Below, in pieces: positions 47,264 to 56,501 of a stretch of 64,000 nt of DNA. The stretch covers positions 32,001 to 96,000 of the forward strand of contig JBFOMH010000026.1 of assembly GCA_040830765.1 (NCBI GenBank), in the 5' to 3' direction. Source of the stretch: Puniceicoccaceae bacterium. Lineage in GTDB: Bacteria > Verrucomicrobiota > Verrucomicrobiia > Opitutales > Oceanipulchritudinaceae. Within the stretch, counting starts at the first letter, position 1; each line of letters starts with the position of its first letter. A program made the position numbers and the translations under genes. The notes under the pieces were generated by a model that saw only the letters and a list, made by a program, of their open reading frames with translations, made no database searches and was not told the origin of the DNA.

Positions 47264-48277
47264 TTACGGATTCAGGATTGCCTTAATGTGGTTGCCTTGA
47301 GGATTCAACATGGTGCGAAAGGCTTTTTCTCCCTCATCAAGGGTATAACGGTCTATCCAGTCCAAATTGATCTTCTGGTTTTTCAATAAATCGATCGCGA
47401 TTTTGTAATCCGGTTGATTGGCCGAGTATGTCCCGAGAACCTGTTTCTCACCCAGTGTAATTCCGTAGCTGTTAAGGCTTATCTTGTCCGTGCCCAGTCC
47501 CAGCCACACGGCGCAGCCGCCCGGTCGCAGGCATTCGATGGATTGGGCTTTTGTCGATTCCGTTCCGGCAGCATCGACCACAACATCAAATCCTTCGCCT
47601 TTGGTAAAATCCAGCATTTGGTCCCGGTTGCTTTCGTCTCCGGCAAGGCTGGTTGCTGAAGCCCCCAGCATCTTCGCGGTATCCAGCCTTTCCTGTATCG
47701 TGTCGGTTACATAGGTCCTTGTTCCCATTAGGACCTGCAGTGCCTGCTGGCACATCAGTCCGATGGGACCGGCTCCAATAACCAGGGCATTCTGCGGGTT
47801 GGTGTGCCTCGTCAGGCTGACAACATGAACGCCATTGCCCAACGGTTCGGTCAGGCAGGCATGATTCGCGGGCAAGCTGTCCGGCCACTGGTAAAGTGCG
47901 TGGATGGGGACACTCACATACTCCGCAAATGCACCGTTGCGGTGCATGCCAAACAATTCCTTGTTCGGACACAGGTGGTAATTGCCCCGATGGCAAGTTT
48001 GACATTTGCGACAGGGAACCAGCGCACTGACGATCACCCTGTCGCCAACCCTGAAGTCCCCTCCGGTTGAAATGTCGACAATTTCGCCGCAAAACTCATG
48101 CCCGAGAATGATGGGCGGCTTTCGCCTTCGGCTTATTGACTTAAAGGATTCCAGCTCGCTCCCGCAAATTCCACAGGCAGCTACCTTGACGATGGCCTCA
48201 TCCATTTGTGAGAGGCTCGGATCGGTGAATTCCTGAAGTTCTATCGTTTCCCAATCTACGTAAACGAGGGCCTTCAT
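47264..48277 (-). CDS. Zinc-dependent polyol/sugar-acid dehydrogenase (MDR)
   Basis: CGICGSE, LGHEFCG, structural Zn motif CRKCQTCHRGNYHLC, GAGPIG. Confidence 0.92.
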   Translation of the reverse strand: MKALVYVDWETIELQEFTDPSLSQMDEAIVKVAACGICGSELESFKSISRRRKPPIILGHEFCGEIVDISTGGDFRVGDRVIVSALVPCRKCQTCHRGNYHLCPNKELFGMHRNGAFAEYVSVPIHALYQWPDSLPANHACLTEPLGNGVHVVSLTRHTNPQNALVIGAGPIGLMCQQALQVLMGTRTYVTDTIQERLDTAKMLGASATSLAGDESNRDQMLDFTKGEGFDVVVDAAGTESTKAQSIECLRPGGCAVWLGLGTDKISLNSYGITLGEKQVLGTYSANQPDYKIAIDLLKNQKINLDWIDRYTLDEGEKAFRTMLNPQGNHIKAILNP

Positions 48278-49128
48278 AAATGATAAATTCTCCTCGCGTT
48301 GGCATTGAAAAACAGCACCTGCTCGGTGTCGCTGAAATCATCCAGATAACGGGTAATCGTCTCGTACCACCTTGCGTAGGTTCCGTTCAGTGTGCAGACG
48401 GGCCAATCGCCACCAAAGAACACCCGGTCGATTGTGAATTGCTCAAAGACGGTGTCGAGGTAAGGCCGCAGGTCCTCGTACGACCAGTCCTCTCCAGCCT
48501 CATTCATGAGACCGGACACCTTGCTGGTGGTATTGGGTAGGCTCGCCAGTTGGGCGATGTATTCATCCCAGGGGGAGAGAATTCCGTCCGCGATGAAGGG
48601 CTTACCGATGTGGTTGAGGATAAAGGGGACATTGGGTGTTTGCCGGACCAGGGAGAGGACATTCTCGAATTGCTGATCCCCCTTGATGCAAATCTCAAAG
48701 TTCCAACCACACTTTTCCATCAGTTGGACGCCTTTTATAAAGTCGGGTTGCAGGCAGAATTCATCATCGTCTTCAAATTGGATAATCCTCCGAATGCCGT
48801 TAACGAGTGGGTAATCCTTCAGCTTGTCGATATCCTCCTGGGCGGCATCTCCCTTTTCCAGCGGTGCCCAGGCGGTAATGGATTGGATGCGTGAGTCTTG
48901 CGTTTGTGCGATGTCGCTCACCCACTTGACTTCATCCAGGTACTGACTGGGCTCCGCTTCGCACTGGAGGAAGACCATTTTTTCAATCTCGATGCCCTGC
49001 GTGGCCTTCTTGTAATCGGGAATCAGGTGGGGGGCATTGATGCTGGGGACATCCTTCAACCAAGGGTAATGGATGGCGTTGGGATCCCAAAGGTGCAAAT
49101 GGGTGTCGATAATCGGGGTCTTATTCAT
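48274..49128 (-). CDS. Amidohydrolase_2 family sugar lactonase (L-fuconolactonase-like)
   Basis: IIDTHLHLWD, GIRRIIQ, LNHIGKP, KVSGL, FGGDWPVC; 4-nt overlap with the Zn dehydrogenase. Confidence 0.87.
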   Translation of the reverse strand: MNKTPIIDTHLHLWDPNAIHYPWLKDVPSINAPHLIPDYKKATQGIEIEKMVFLQCEAEPSQYLDEVKWVSDIAQTQDSRIQSITAWAPLEKGDAAQEDIDKLKDYPLVNGIRRIIQFEDDDEFCLQPDFIKGVQLMEKCGWNFEICIKGDQQFENVLSLVRQTPNVPFILNHIGKPFIADGILSPWDEYIAQLASLPNTTSKVSGLMNEAGEDWSYEDLRPYLDTVFEQFTIDRVFFGGDWPVCTLNGTYARWYETITRYLDDFSDTEQVLFFNANARRIYHL

Positions 49129-49194
49129 CGTTCACAAGGGGGATTTAACGGGCGCATTCTCCATGAGACGGAGTATTCTGACAGTATCGGTGGA

Positions 49195-50262
49195 TTATGT
49201 CGGTGAGGAAGACTTTGGCAACGCAATCGGATGGACATACTCGGGATCCTTCTCCTGCCGGTACTGAATGGTGGCAATCTCCTTCCATACGGCAATGAGG
49301 CCGTGCTTGGTCGGCGGGAGGTCATGCCGGATGAGGCGGTGTAACCTGGCTAACCGGTAGCACGGCACAGCGGCATACATGTGATGCTCCGTGTGGAAAT
49401 TCATATGCCAGTAGAGGAATTGAACGACTGGATTAAGGGTGAACGTGCGGCAGCACAGGCGGAAGTCCGGTACAAAATCCCGCAGGCCGATATGCTGGGT
49501 ATTGTTGCACAGGAAAAAGAGCCATCCACCATAGAAACGGGAACCGGTGACCAGCAGGGGCACTATCCAGTATCCACTAACCAATCCCCCCGCGATAATC
49601 AGGCCATGGCCGAGGAGTAGCACTCGTGCCCAATTTACAGGAGCCTTGCGCTTCTTCGGGTCAGACTCCGGAAACAAGGTTTCCTCCCATTCGCCTTTAA
49701 AATTCCCCAGGGCCTTCTCGATGACCCATTTTGGGGTGTAGTAAAGGTCCTTGAAATTGATGAAGGCAGAGAGGAAAAAGTGACGCACCATCAGTTTGAT
49801 GGGCAGGACAACCTCCAAATCGTCTGGCGGATGCAAAGTGTACCGATGGTGGCGGATATGGCTCTCCTGGAAGGTCTCATCATTGATTATCCCGAGAAAC
49901 GCGAAGATCTTGCAAAAGAAACGATTGCACCAGCGGGTTTTGAAGACGGTTCCATGCCCCAATTCATGCACGGCGTTGATCATGAAGGCGGCTACGGTCC
50001 CGTGCAGAAATACCAACAGCACGGTGGTCCAGGCGGGCCAGAATGCGAAAGAGACGATGGCCAGGGTGAGGGTGGTCAGGTAGAGGCCCAGGTATCCGCC
50101 TGTCTGCAGGGCCCCCAAGAGGTCGCTTTTGCGGTGAAGGCTCTTGAATTCCTCCTTTGATATCGGGCTGCGGTACCAGTCAATCGCCGGGGCATTGCGC
50201 TGTTTGGCTGTAAAGACGGGGAGGGCATCCGGCTCTTGGGGAAGAGGAGATGGGATCTTCAT
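49195..50262 (-). CDS. Membrane fatty-acid-desaturase superfamily di-iron enzyme, MocD-like
   Basis: Three His boxes HELGH, HIRHH and HTEHH, plus HGTVFKT, NTQHIGL and YAAVPCY; transmembrane segments. Confidence 0.85.
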   Translation of the reverse strand: MKIPSPLPQEPDALPVFTAKQRNAPAIDWYRSPISKEEFKSLHRKSDLLGALQTGGYLGLYLTTLTLAIVSFAFWPAWTTVLLVFLHGTVAAFMINAVHELGHGTVFKTRWCNRFFCKIFAFLGIINDETFQESHIRHHRYTLHPPDDLEVVLPIKLMVRHFFLSAFINFKDLYYTPKWVIEKALGNFKGEWEETLFPESDPKKRKAPVNWARVLLLGHGLIIAGGLVSGYWIVPLLVTGSRFYGGWLFFLCNNTQHIGLRDFVPDFRLCCRTFTLNPVVQFLYWHMNFHTEHHMYAAVPCYRLARLHRLIRHDLPPTKHGLIAVWKEIATIQYRQEKDPEYVHPIALPKSSSPT

Positions 50263-50460
50263 TTCGTCATCCTAACACAATCAGCAATGGATTGCTTTCT
50301 AAAATCTACGGCAATCCGTAATTATCGGCCCAAAACCATCCACGTCCTTGACTTCTCGTTGATTTAACCTAACACAGAGGCCAGTGGTTGCCGCAACGGG
50401 ACAGATTCTCAAATCTCTGGACTTCAACTTACGGCGTGGACGTCTTGTCACGGGATAAGC

Positions 50461-53400
50461 ATGCAATTCTTCCGCAATCTATCCATTCGGGCAAAGCTGA
50501 TGAGCATTCTTATGTTCAGCTGTGTCATTTCGTCGGGATTGGTGGCGGTTGCCTTCCTGACCTATGAGTTGGTCAACGTCCGCAGTTCAATGGTCAAAAG
50601 GCTGCTGACCGACGCAAGAGTCATCTCGGTGAACATCCGCGAGCCGATGCTCTCCGGCAACAAGGCCGCTGCCGACGAAATCCTCGCCACGCTCAGCACC
50701 GACCGGAGCATAGTGGCCGCCTTCCTCTTTGATAGCGAAGGGGCAGTTTTTGCCACTTTCCAGAGGGATACAGAGAATCCGATGGCGGCTCCCGACCCCG
50801 ATGCCAAAAAGCAAGGATTCTCCCTCGGCCAGTTACGGATTTCCGAACCCATCCAGCAGGCTAATCAGCAACTGGGGACGATTTTCATCGCCCAGGATCT
50901 TAACAAGCTGAAAATGTGGGTCTTTCCCTACGTAGGCATCCTGAGCTGGGGGCTGCTCATCTCCATCCTGGTGGCGGTGATTTTGTCCAATTTGCTGGGT
51001 CGTGTCTTCTTGAGGCCGATTCTTGAACTTGCCGCAACCACCCGGCGAATCACCCGGAAACACAACTACAGCACCAGGGCCAAGTCGTTCTACAACGATG
51101 AAGTCGGCCAGTTGATCGATTCCTTCAATGAGATGCTGTCCGTGGTTGAGAACAAGGAACACGACCTCCGCGATCGTGAACAGCGCTTCCGGGCCCTGAT
51201 TGAAAATGCCTCGGACCTTATCATCATTCTCAACAGCGAGGGCCAGATCATCTATGGTAGCCCCTCCCTGAGCCGCCTGTTCAATAACGATGCCAAGGAG
51301 TATATCGGCCAGTCATTTTTTGAATTCATGCACCCTTCAGATGTCTGGCGCTGCAAACAGACCTTTCAGCGGCTGAAGAAGCGGAGCAATACGCTGCTTG
51401 GGTTTGAATTCCAGTTCAAGGGCAGGGACGGGTCATGGATGGACATTGGCGCTATTGCCCGGAACCTTCTCCATGTCAGTGGGGTCAACGGCATCGTTGT
51501 CAATGGCCGGGATGTGACCTCCCGCAAGGAACTGACCAAGGAACTCATCACCCACAGGGATGATCTTGAGCAAATGGTCGCTGCCAGAACCCAGGACCTG
51601 GAGGCCTCCCGCAAGGCAGCTCTTGACTCGATGGAGGATGCCAATCTGCAGCGACTGCGGGCTGAGGACGCACTGGCTGAGCTTACCCTGTCGCAGGAAT
51701 CCCTCGCCAGGGCCAAGGATGCCGCTGAAGAGGCCAGCAAAGCCAAGAGTAACTTCATCGCCAACATGAGCCACGAGATCCGCACCCCCATGAATGCTGT
51801 CATCGGGTTGGCGGACCTGGCCTTGAAGTCGGACTCCAAAAAGAAACAGACCGACTACCTGGAGAAGATTCTCCGTGCATCGAGGATCCTTCTGGGGATC
51901 ATCAATGACATCCTGGATTTCTCCAAGATTGAACAGCGCAAGGTGGAGCTGGAAGCGACAACCTTCGACCTGCACGAGGAGATGCGAACCATCAATGAAA
52001 TGTTCGCACGGAACATCGAGGACAAGGGACTCTCCCTCAGGGTTGATTTCGCCCAGGATATTCCGGCTAACGTGGTCGGGGATCCGCTGCGGCTGCGCCA
52101 GATTCTCATCAACCTCTTCAGCAATGCCATCAAGTTTACTGAGAAAGGGGAAATTTCGCTTTCCGCCCGCATGGTCAAGCATGAGGAGGGCCAGATTACG
52201 CTGGAATTTTCCGTATCTGACACCGGTATCGGGATGGACGAGGAGCTCACGGCCAAGGTGTTTGAATCCTTCAAGCAGGGGGATGAGTCGACAACCCGTG
52301 TATTTGGCGGAACCGGTCTGGGCCTAGCGATCAGCAAGCACCTGGTGGAACTGATGGGCGGGACCATCTCTGCCAAAAGCTTCTACGGCAAGGGGAGTAC
52401 CTTCACCTTCACCGTGGTGTTCGAGGAGGCGGTAATGGAATCGATTCCCGAGGCACCAACCGGTCTTGAAGGACTCCGGATTCTCGTCGTCGACGAGGAA
52501 AAGGAGGTTCAGGAGATGCTCTCCCATCTGCTCAAGGACTTTTCGTTTCGAACCGCTACCGCTGGTTCGGTTGACGAGGCGGTCAAGATGCTGGGGGCGG
52601 CTCCGTTTGGCGATCCGTTCCGGCTGGTCATTCTCGACTGGAACATGCCTGAAAAGAAGGGTACGGAGGCGGTCAAAATCATCACCGAACTCAATACAAT
52701 CCCGCTCAAACCAAGCTACATGATCATGAGCGGCTACTGGAACGAGGAATTGCACAAGGACCTGGATGAATGTGGCGTCACCGCCTTCCTGCCCAAGCCC
52801 TTCAAGAGTTCCACCCTGCTGGACCTCATTATCCGGCAGTTCTCGGACGAGGTGATGGATGTTGTTCGAGCGGTGAAGGATTCAGATGCTTCCGGCATTC
52901 CCGACTTAAGCCATGCCAACCTGCTTCTCGCGGAGGACAATGAGCTCAACCAGGAAGTTGCCCTCGGACTGCTCGAGGAGACCCAGTGCAAGGTCTTCGT
53001 GGTCGAAAACGGTAAAGCTGCCTTGGAAGCCATAACAGAAGACACCTATGATCTGGTTCTGATGGACATCCAGATGCCTGAGTTGGACGGTTACGAAACG
53101 ACCCGGCAGCTTCGCGACATGGAGTCGAGGGGAGAACTTCCGAAACGGGATAACGGCGATGCCAACGATGGCCGAATCCCCATCATTGCCATGACTGCCG
53201 GCACCCTTAGTCGGGACAAGGATCGCGCCTTCGAAGCGGGAATGGATGACCATGTATCAAAACCGGTGGATCCGAAGTTGTTTTACAAGGTACTTGCCAA
53301 GTGGCTTGGGGGCGTCGCCGCGGAAGGCTCTAGTGTCGGCAAAAAGCGGGTACTTTCCCCGAAGGACGAGACAAAGTCGGATCAATCAGAAGGCATCCTG

Positions 53401-54033
53401 ACTTCACTGGCGCCATTCCCGGGCATTGAACTTGAAAAGGGCTTGATGCACGTCGGTGGCAATGAGGAACGCCTCGGAAAGCTGATGCTGAAATTCCGCA
53501 AGGGCCAGGCCAATGTTGTGGAGGAAATCAAGACCGCGCTCGCCGACGGCGACCGCGAACTGGCACACCGGACGGCCCATACCTTGAAAGGCCTCGCGGG
53601 AACACTCGGGGCCACCACTCTGCAGGAAGCTGCCCGAGTACTTGAAGCAGCGCTTAAGGGTGAACCGGGAAAGAAAGACGAAGACGCCCTCCTGGTGGAC
53701 GTGGAGCAATCCCTTCAGGAAGTAATTGAAGGACTTGCCCCTCTGGAGACCGTTCCCTCCTCTGGCGCGAAAAAGAAGAGATCGGTCAAAATCTCCAAGA
53801 AGGAACGGACACGATTGCTGAACAAGCTCTCAAGCTTGCTGGAGGATGGCGATTCCGAGGCCATTGCCTGTTATAATGAGCTAAACGAGGCTGGAGTGTT
53901 TTCCACCGGCAGTGGCCAGCCTGACCAGCTCGGCAGCCTGATTGAAGCCTACTCGTTCGAGGAAGCCAAGGCGGTCCTGAAGACGATAATGGAGAGTCCT
54001 GAAGATGATAAGGAAGCTGTGAAAGATGACTGA
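50461..54033 (+). CDS. Hybrid sensor histidine kinase (periplasmic sensor-HAMP-PAS-HisKA-HATPase-REC-REC-Hpt)
   Basis: Two TMs, DEVGQLIDSFNEM, PAS, MSHEIRTPMN, NAIKFT, DTGIG, GGTGLGL, LDWNMP, MDIQMP, HTLKG. Confidence 0.95.
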   Translation: MQFFRNLSIRAKLMSILMFSCVISSGLVAVAFLTYELVNVRSSMVKRLLTDARVISVNIREPMLSGNKAAADEILATLSTDRSIVAAFLFDSEGAVFATFQRDTENPMAAPDPDAKKQGFSLGQLRISEPIQQANQQLGTIFIAQDLNKLKMWVFPYVGILSWGLLISILVAVILSNLLGRVFLRPILELAATTRRITRKHNYSTRAKSFYNDEVGQLIDSFNEMLSVVENKEHDLRDREQRFRALIENASDLIIILNSEGQIIYGSPSLSRLFNNDAKEYIGQSFFEFMHPSDVWRCKQTFQRLKKRSNTLLGFEFQFKGRDGSWMDIGAIARNLLHVSGVNGIVVNGRDVTSRKELTKELITHRDDLEQMVAARTQDLEASRKAALDSMEDANLQRLRAEDALAELTLSQESLARAKDAAEEASKAKSNFIANMSHEIRTPMNAVIGLADLALKSDSKKKQTDYLEKILRASRILLGIINDILDFSKIEQRKVELEATTFDLHEEMRTINEMFARNIEDKGLSLRVDFAQDIPANVVGDPLRLRQILINLFSNAIKFTEKGEISLSARMVKHEEGQITLEFSVSDTGIGMDEELTAKVFESFKQGDESTTRVFGGTGLGLAISKHLVELMGGTISAKSFYGKGSTFTFTVVFEEAVMESIPEAPTGLEGLRILVVDEEKEVQEMLSHLLKDFSFRTATAGSVDEAVKMLGAAPFGDPFRLVILDWNMPEKKGTEAVKIITELNTIPLKPSYMIMSGYWNEELHKDLDECGVTAFLPKPFKSSTLLDLIIRQFSDEVMDVVRAVKDSDASGIPDLSHANLLLAEDNELNQEVALGLLEETQCKVFVVENGKAALEAITEDTYDLVLMDIQMPELDGYETTRQLRDMESRGELPKRDNGDANDGRIPIIAMTAGTLSRDKDRAFEAGMDDHVSKPVDPKLFYKVLAKWLGGVAAEGSSVGKKRVLSPKDETKSDQSEGILTSLAPFPGIELEKGLMHVGGNEERLGKLMLKFRKGQANVVEEIKTALADGDRELAHRTAHTLKGLAGTLGATTLQEAARVLEAALKGEPGKKDEDALLVDVEQSLQEVIEGLAPLETVPSSGAKKKRSVKISKKERTRLLNKLSSLLEDGDSEAIACYNELNEAGVFSTGSGQPDQLGSLIEAYSFEEAKAVLKTIMESPEDDKEAVKDD

Positions 54034-55186
54034 TAAAAAGCCCACTATTCTGGCGGTCGATGATGAACCGGCCAATCTGGACGTCCTGATCGGATTATTG
54101 AAGGACCAGTACCGGGTTAAAGTTGCCACTAACGGGGCAAATGCTTTGAAGCTGGCAACCACCAGCGAGCCACCGGACTTGGTCCTGCTCGATATCCTGA
54201 TGCCGGAAATGACCGGGATCGAAGTATGCCGGGCAATGAAGGAATTCAGCCAGTTGAAGGATGTTCCGGTCATTTTTATCAGTTCCCTTGAGGAGGTTAT
54301 GGACAAGGTGCAAGCCTTCACCTCAGGAGGCGTTGATTATGTCACCAAGCCGTTTCAGCCTGAGGAATTGCTGGCCCGGGTCAGCACCCACTTGACCCTC
54401 AGGAAGATGCAGAAGCAGCTTGAAGAACATAATAACCACCTCGATGAGCTGGTTCGCCGCAAAAGCCGGGAACTGGCCGAAGCGCATGACCGGCTGGACC
54501 TCGTCTCCCGGACCAAGGGGGAATTTCTCAAGCTTATCTCCCATGAGTTGCGTACCCCGGCAAACGGGGTTCTCGGAATTGCCGATATCATCATGGAGAG
54601 TTGTCCGGACAACGAGGAGATCAGCTCCCTGCGTCCCTTTTTCAAGGAATCGCAGGAACGCATGCTCTCCGTCCTGGAGGATGCGCTTCTATTGGCCGAG
54701 GTTGATTTTTCGCAAGACGACTTCAAGGCAGCGCCGGTTTCCCTGGAAATGATACTCGCCGAAGCCTTTGGCGAGGCGGTCGAGTTCGCCATTGAGCATG
54801 ATGTCCAGATTGGAGACATTCCGCTGTGCGACACGGATGTGGATGGCGATGAAAAACTGTTCAGAATGTCCCTGACCGCCCTTCTAAAGACGGCTGTTAT
54901 CTTTAGTGCGCCCAATGAAGAAGTGGTTGTCCGTTGTATCGATGGAGACACGACAGCTTCGCTCATTATGGAGGTCACCGGCAAGACCCTTGATGATGAT
55001 ATCATCGCCGGATTCTTTGACTTGTCCAGCAGCACGCGCAGCAGCACACCTGCTGAAGTCCTCGGTCTGAGACCGGTGGTGGCGGATCGGGTGGTATCCC
55101 TTTACGGGGGCTTTGTCCAGTTGCGGAATCACGACGACAGCGGAATCGTGTTGAACGTGACGATGAAAAAGTCCCTCAGCGGGTAG
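54026..55186 (+). CDS. REC-HisKA protein with degenerate ATPase domain
   Basis: VDDEPAN, LLDILMP, DYVTKPF, SHELRTP; N/G1/G2 boxes not recognisable; 8-nt overlap with the hybrid kinase. Confidence 0.88.
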   Translation: MTDKKPTILAVDDEPANLDVLIGLLKDQYRVKVATNGANALKLATTSEPPDLVLLDILMPEMTGIEVCRAMKEFSQLKDVPVIFISSLEEVMDKVQAFTSGGVDYVTKPFQPEELLARVSTHLTLRKMQKQLEEHNNHLDELVRRKSRELAEAHDRLDLVSRTKGEFLKLISHELRTPANGVLGIADIIMESCPDNEEISSLRPFFKESQERMLSVLEDALLLAEVDFSQDDFKAAPVSLEMILAEAFGEAVEFAIEHDVQIGDIPLCDTDVDGDEKLFRMSLTALLKTAVIFSAPNEEVVVRCIDGDTTASLIMEVTGKTLDDDIIAGFFDLSSSTRSSTPAEVLGLRPVVADRVVSLYGGFVQLRNHDDSGIVLNVTMKKSLSG

Positions 55187-55196
55187 CTGGTTCCAG

Positions 55197-56309
55197 TCAA
55201 TCCTGGATTGGCAGGCGAAACCAGAAGGTGCTTCCCTTGCCGATTTCACTCTCAACGCCGATGGTTCCCCCATGGGCTTCAACGGCCAGCTTGCAGAAGG
55301 TCAGGCCAAAGCCGGTGGAGTACTTCCGCTTCTTGTTGTGCATCTCAACTTGTCCGAATTTCTCGAATATCTTTTCATGATATTCGGGTGAGATACCTGG
55401 TCCGTTGTCGGTTATGGAGACTTTCACACCTTCATCGACTTTCTCCAGGACGAGACGGACCGTTCCGCTGTCAGGGGTGAACTTGACGGCATTTCCAATC
55501 AGGTTGGTGATCACCCGTTGGATGATATTCCGGTCGCACTGCAGTGACAGCGAGTCCAATGATGGTTCAAAGGCAATGCTGGCGCCAAAATCCAAGGCCT
55601 GGTAGGGGTCGGCCGTCTCCTTTGCCAGGGAGACGATATCCAGCTCTTCCATCTCCAGTGGCATTTCATTCTCATCGAAACGGCTGACATCCAGCACGGT
55701 ACTCACCATCTCGATAAGCCCTGTGCAGGCTCGGGTGGCCGCGTCCAGGTGCTGCTCTGCCTTGGGATTGAGCTCACTCCTCATTTTGAGCAGTTCCAGA
55801 TGGCCGTTCATGAGGGACAGCGGGGTACGCATGTCGTGGACCACCATGTGGACCAGGTTGTCCCGAAGGGCTTCCAGTTCCTGTAGCTGCTTGTATGCCG
55901 TTTCGATCTTCAGTCGTTGCCGGTTGACTTCCAGATGGGTCGCTACCCGGGCGAGGACGATTGCCGGCGTTATGGGCTTGGCGATGTAATCGACGGCGCC
56001 CAGAGCAAGTCCCTTTGTTTCATCCTGGGGCTCGCCTTTTGCGGTAATGAAGATGATGGGGATGTTCTTGGTCTCCTCCTTTTTCTTCAGTCGTCTACAG
56101 ACCTCATACCCATCCATCTCCGGCATCATGATATCGAGGAGGATGAGATCCGGGGCCTCTTTTTCGCAAAGCGAAAGGGCAATCTTCCCGTTGGTCGCGA
56201 TCCGGGTGCGATAGTCTGGCGATAGGCAGCCAACCAGCACATCGATATTGTCCGGGGTATCGTCAACGATGAGGAGACTTCCTTTTTTTGCTTTGTTTTT
56301 CCTTGGCAT
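55197..56309 (-). CDS. Cytoplasmic REC-histidine kinase
   Basis: VDDTPDN, LLDIMMP, VHDMRTPL, NLIGNAVKF, DNGPGI, STGFGL, GKGSTF; start moved to MPRKNK at 56309. Confidence 0.92.
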   Translation of the reverse strand: MPRKNKAKKGSLLIVDDTPDNIDVLVGCLSPDYRTRIATNGKIALSLCEKEAPDLILLDIMMPEMDGYEVCRRLKKKEETKNIPIIFITAKGEPQDETKGLALGAVDYIAKPITPAIVLARVATHLEVNRQRLKIETAYKQLQELEALRDNLVHMVVHDMRTPLSLMNGHLELLKMRSELNPKAEQHLDAATRACTGLIEMVSTVLDVSRFDENEMPLEMEELDIVSLAKETADPYQALDFGASIAFEPSLDSLSLQCDRNIIQRVITNLIGNAVKFTPDSGTVRLVLEKVDEGVKVSITDNGPGISPEYHEKIFEKFGQVEMHNKKRKYSTGFGLTFCKLAVEAHGGTIGVESEIGKGSTFWFRLPIQD

Positions 56310-56501
56310 AGCCGTCTGAAGTGCCAGTCCGTGAGGTCTTGGACTGGCGAAACCTAGTTCTCTATTTGAGCATGGCATGCCTCTGGTTCAAGTCCATTCC
56401 GAACGAGATCAACCAAAAGTTCCCGCACTGGCCCGGTTTGGTGGTCCGACATTGATGTCATGGTATTGGCTATGGTTGGCTTGGGTGGTTGGAATTGCTG
56501 C

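Noticed and set aside
39796..50262. Apparently lower-GC block as a mobile genomic island
   Set aside because: No integrase, transposase, tRNA or flanking direct repeats; the composition shift is an impression I could not quantify.
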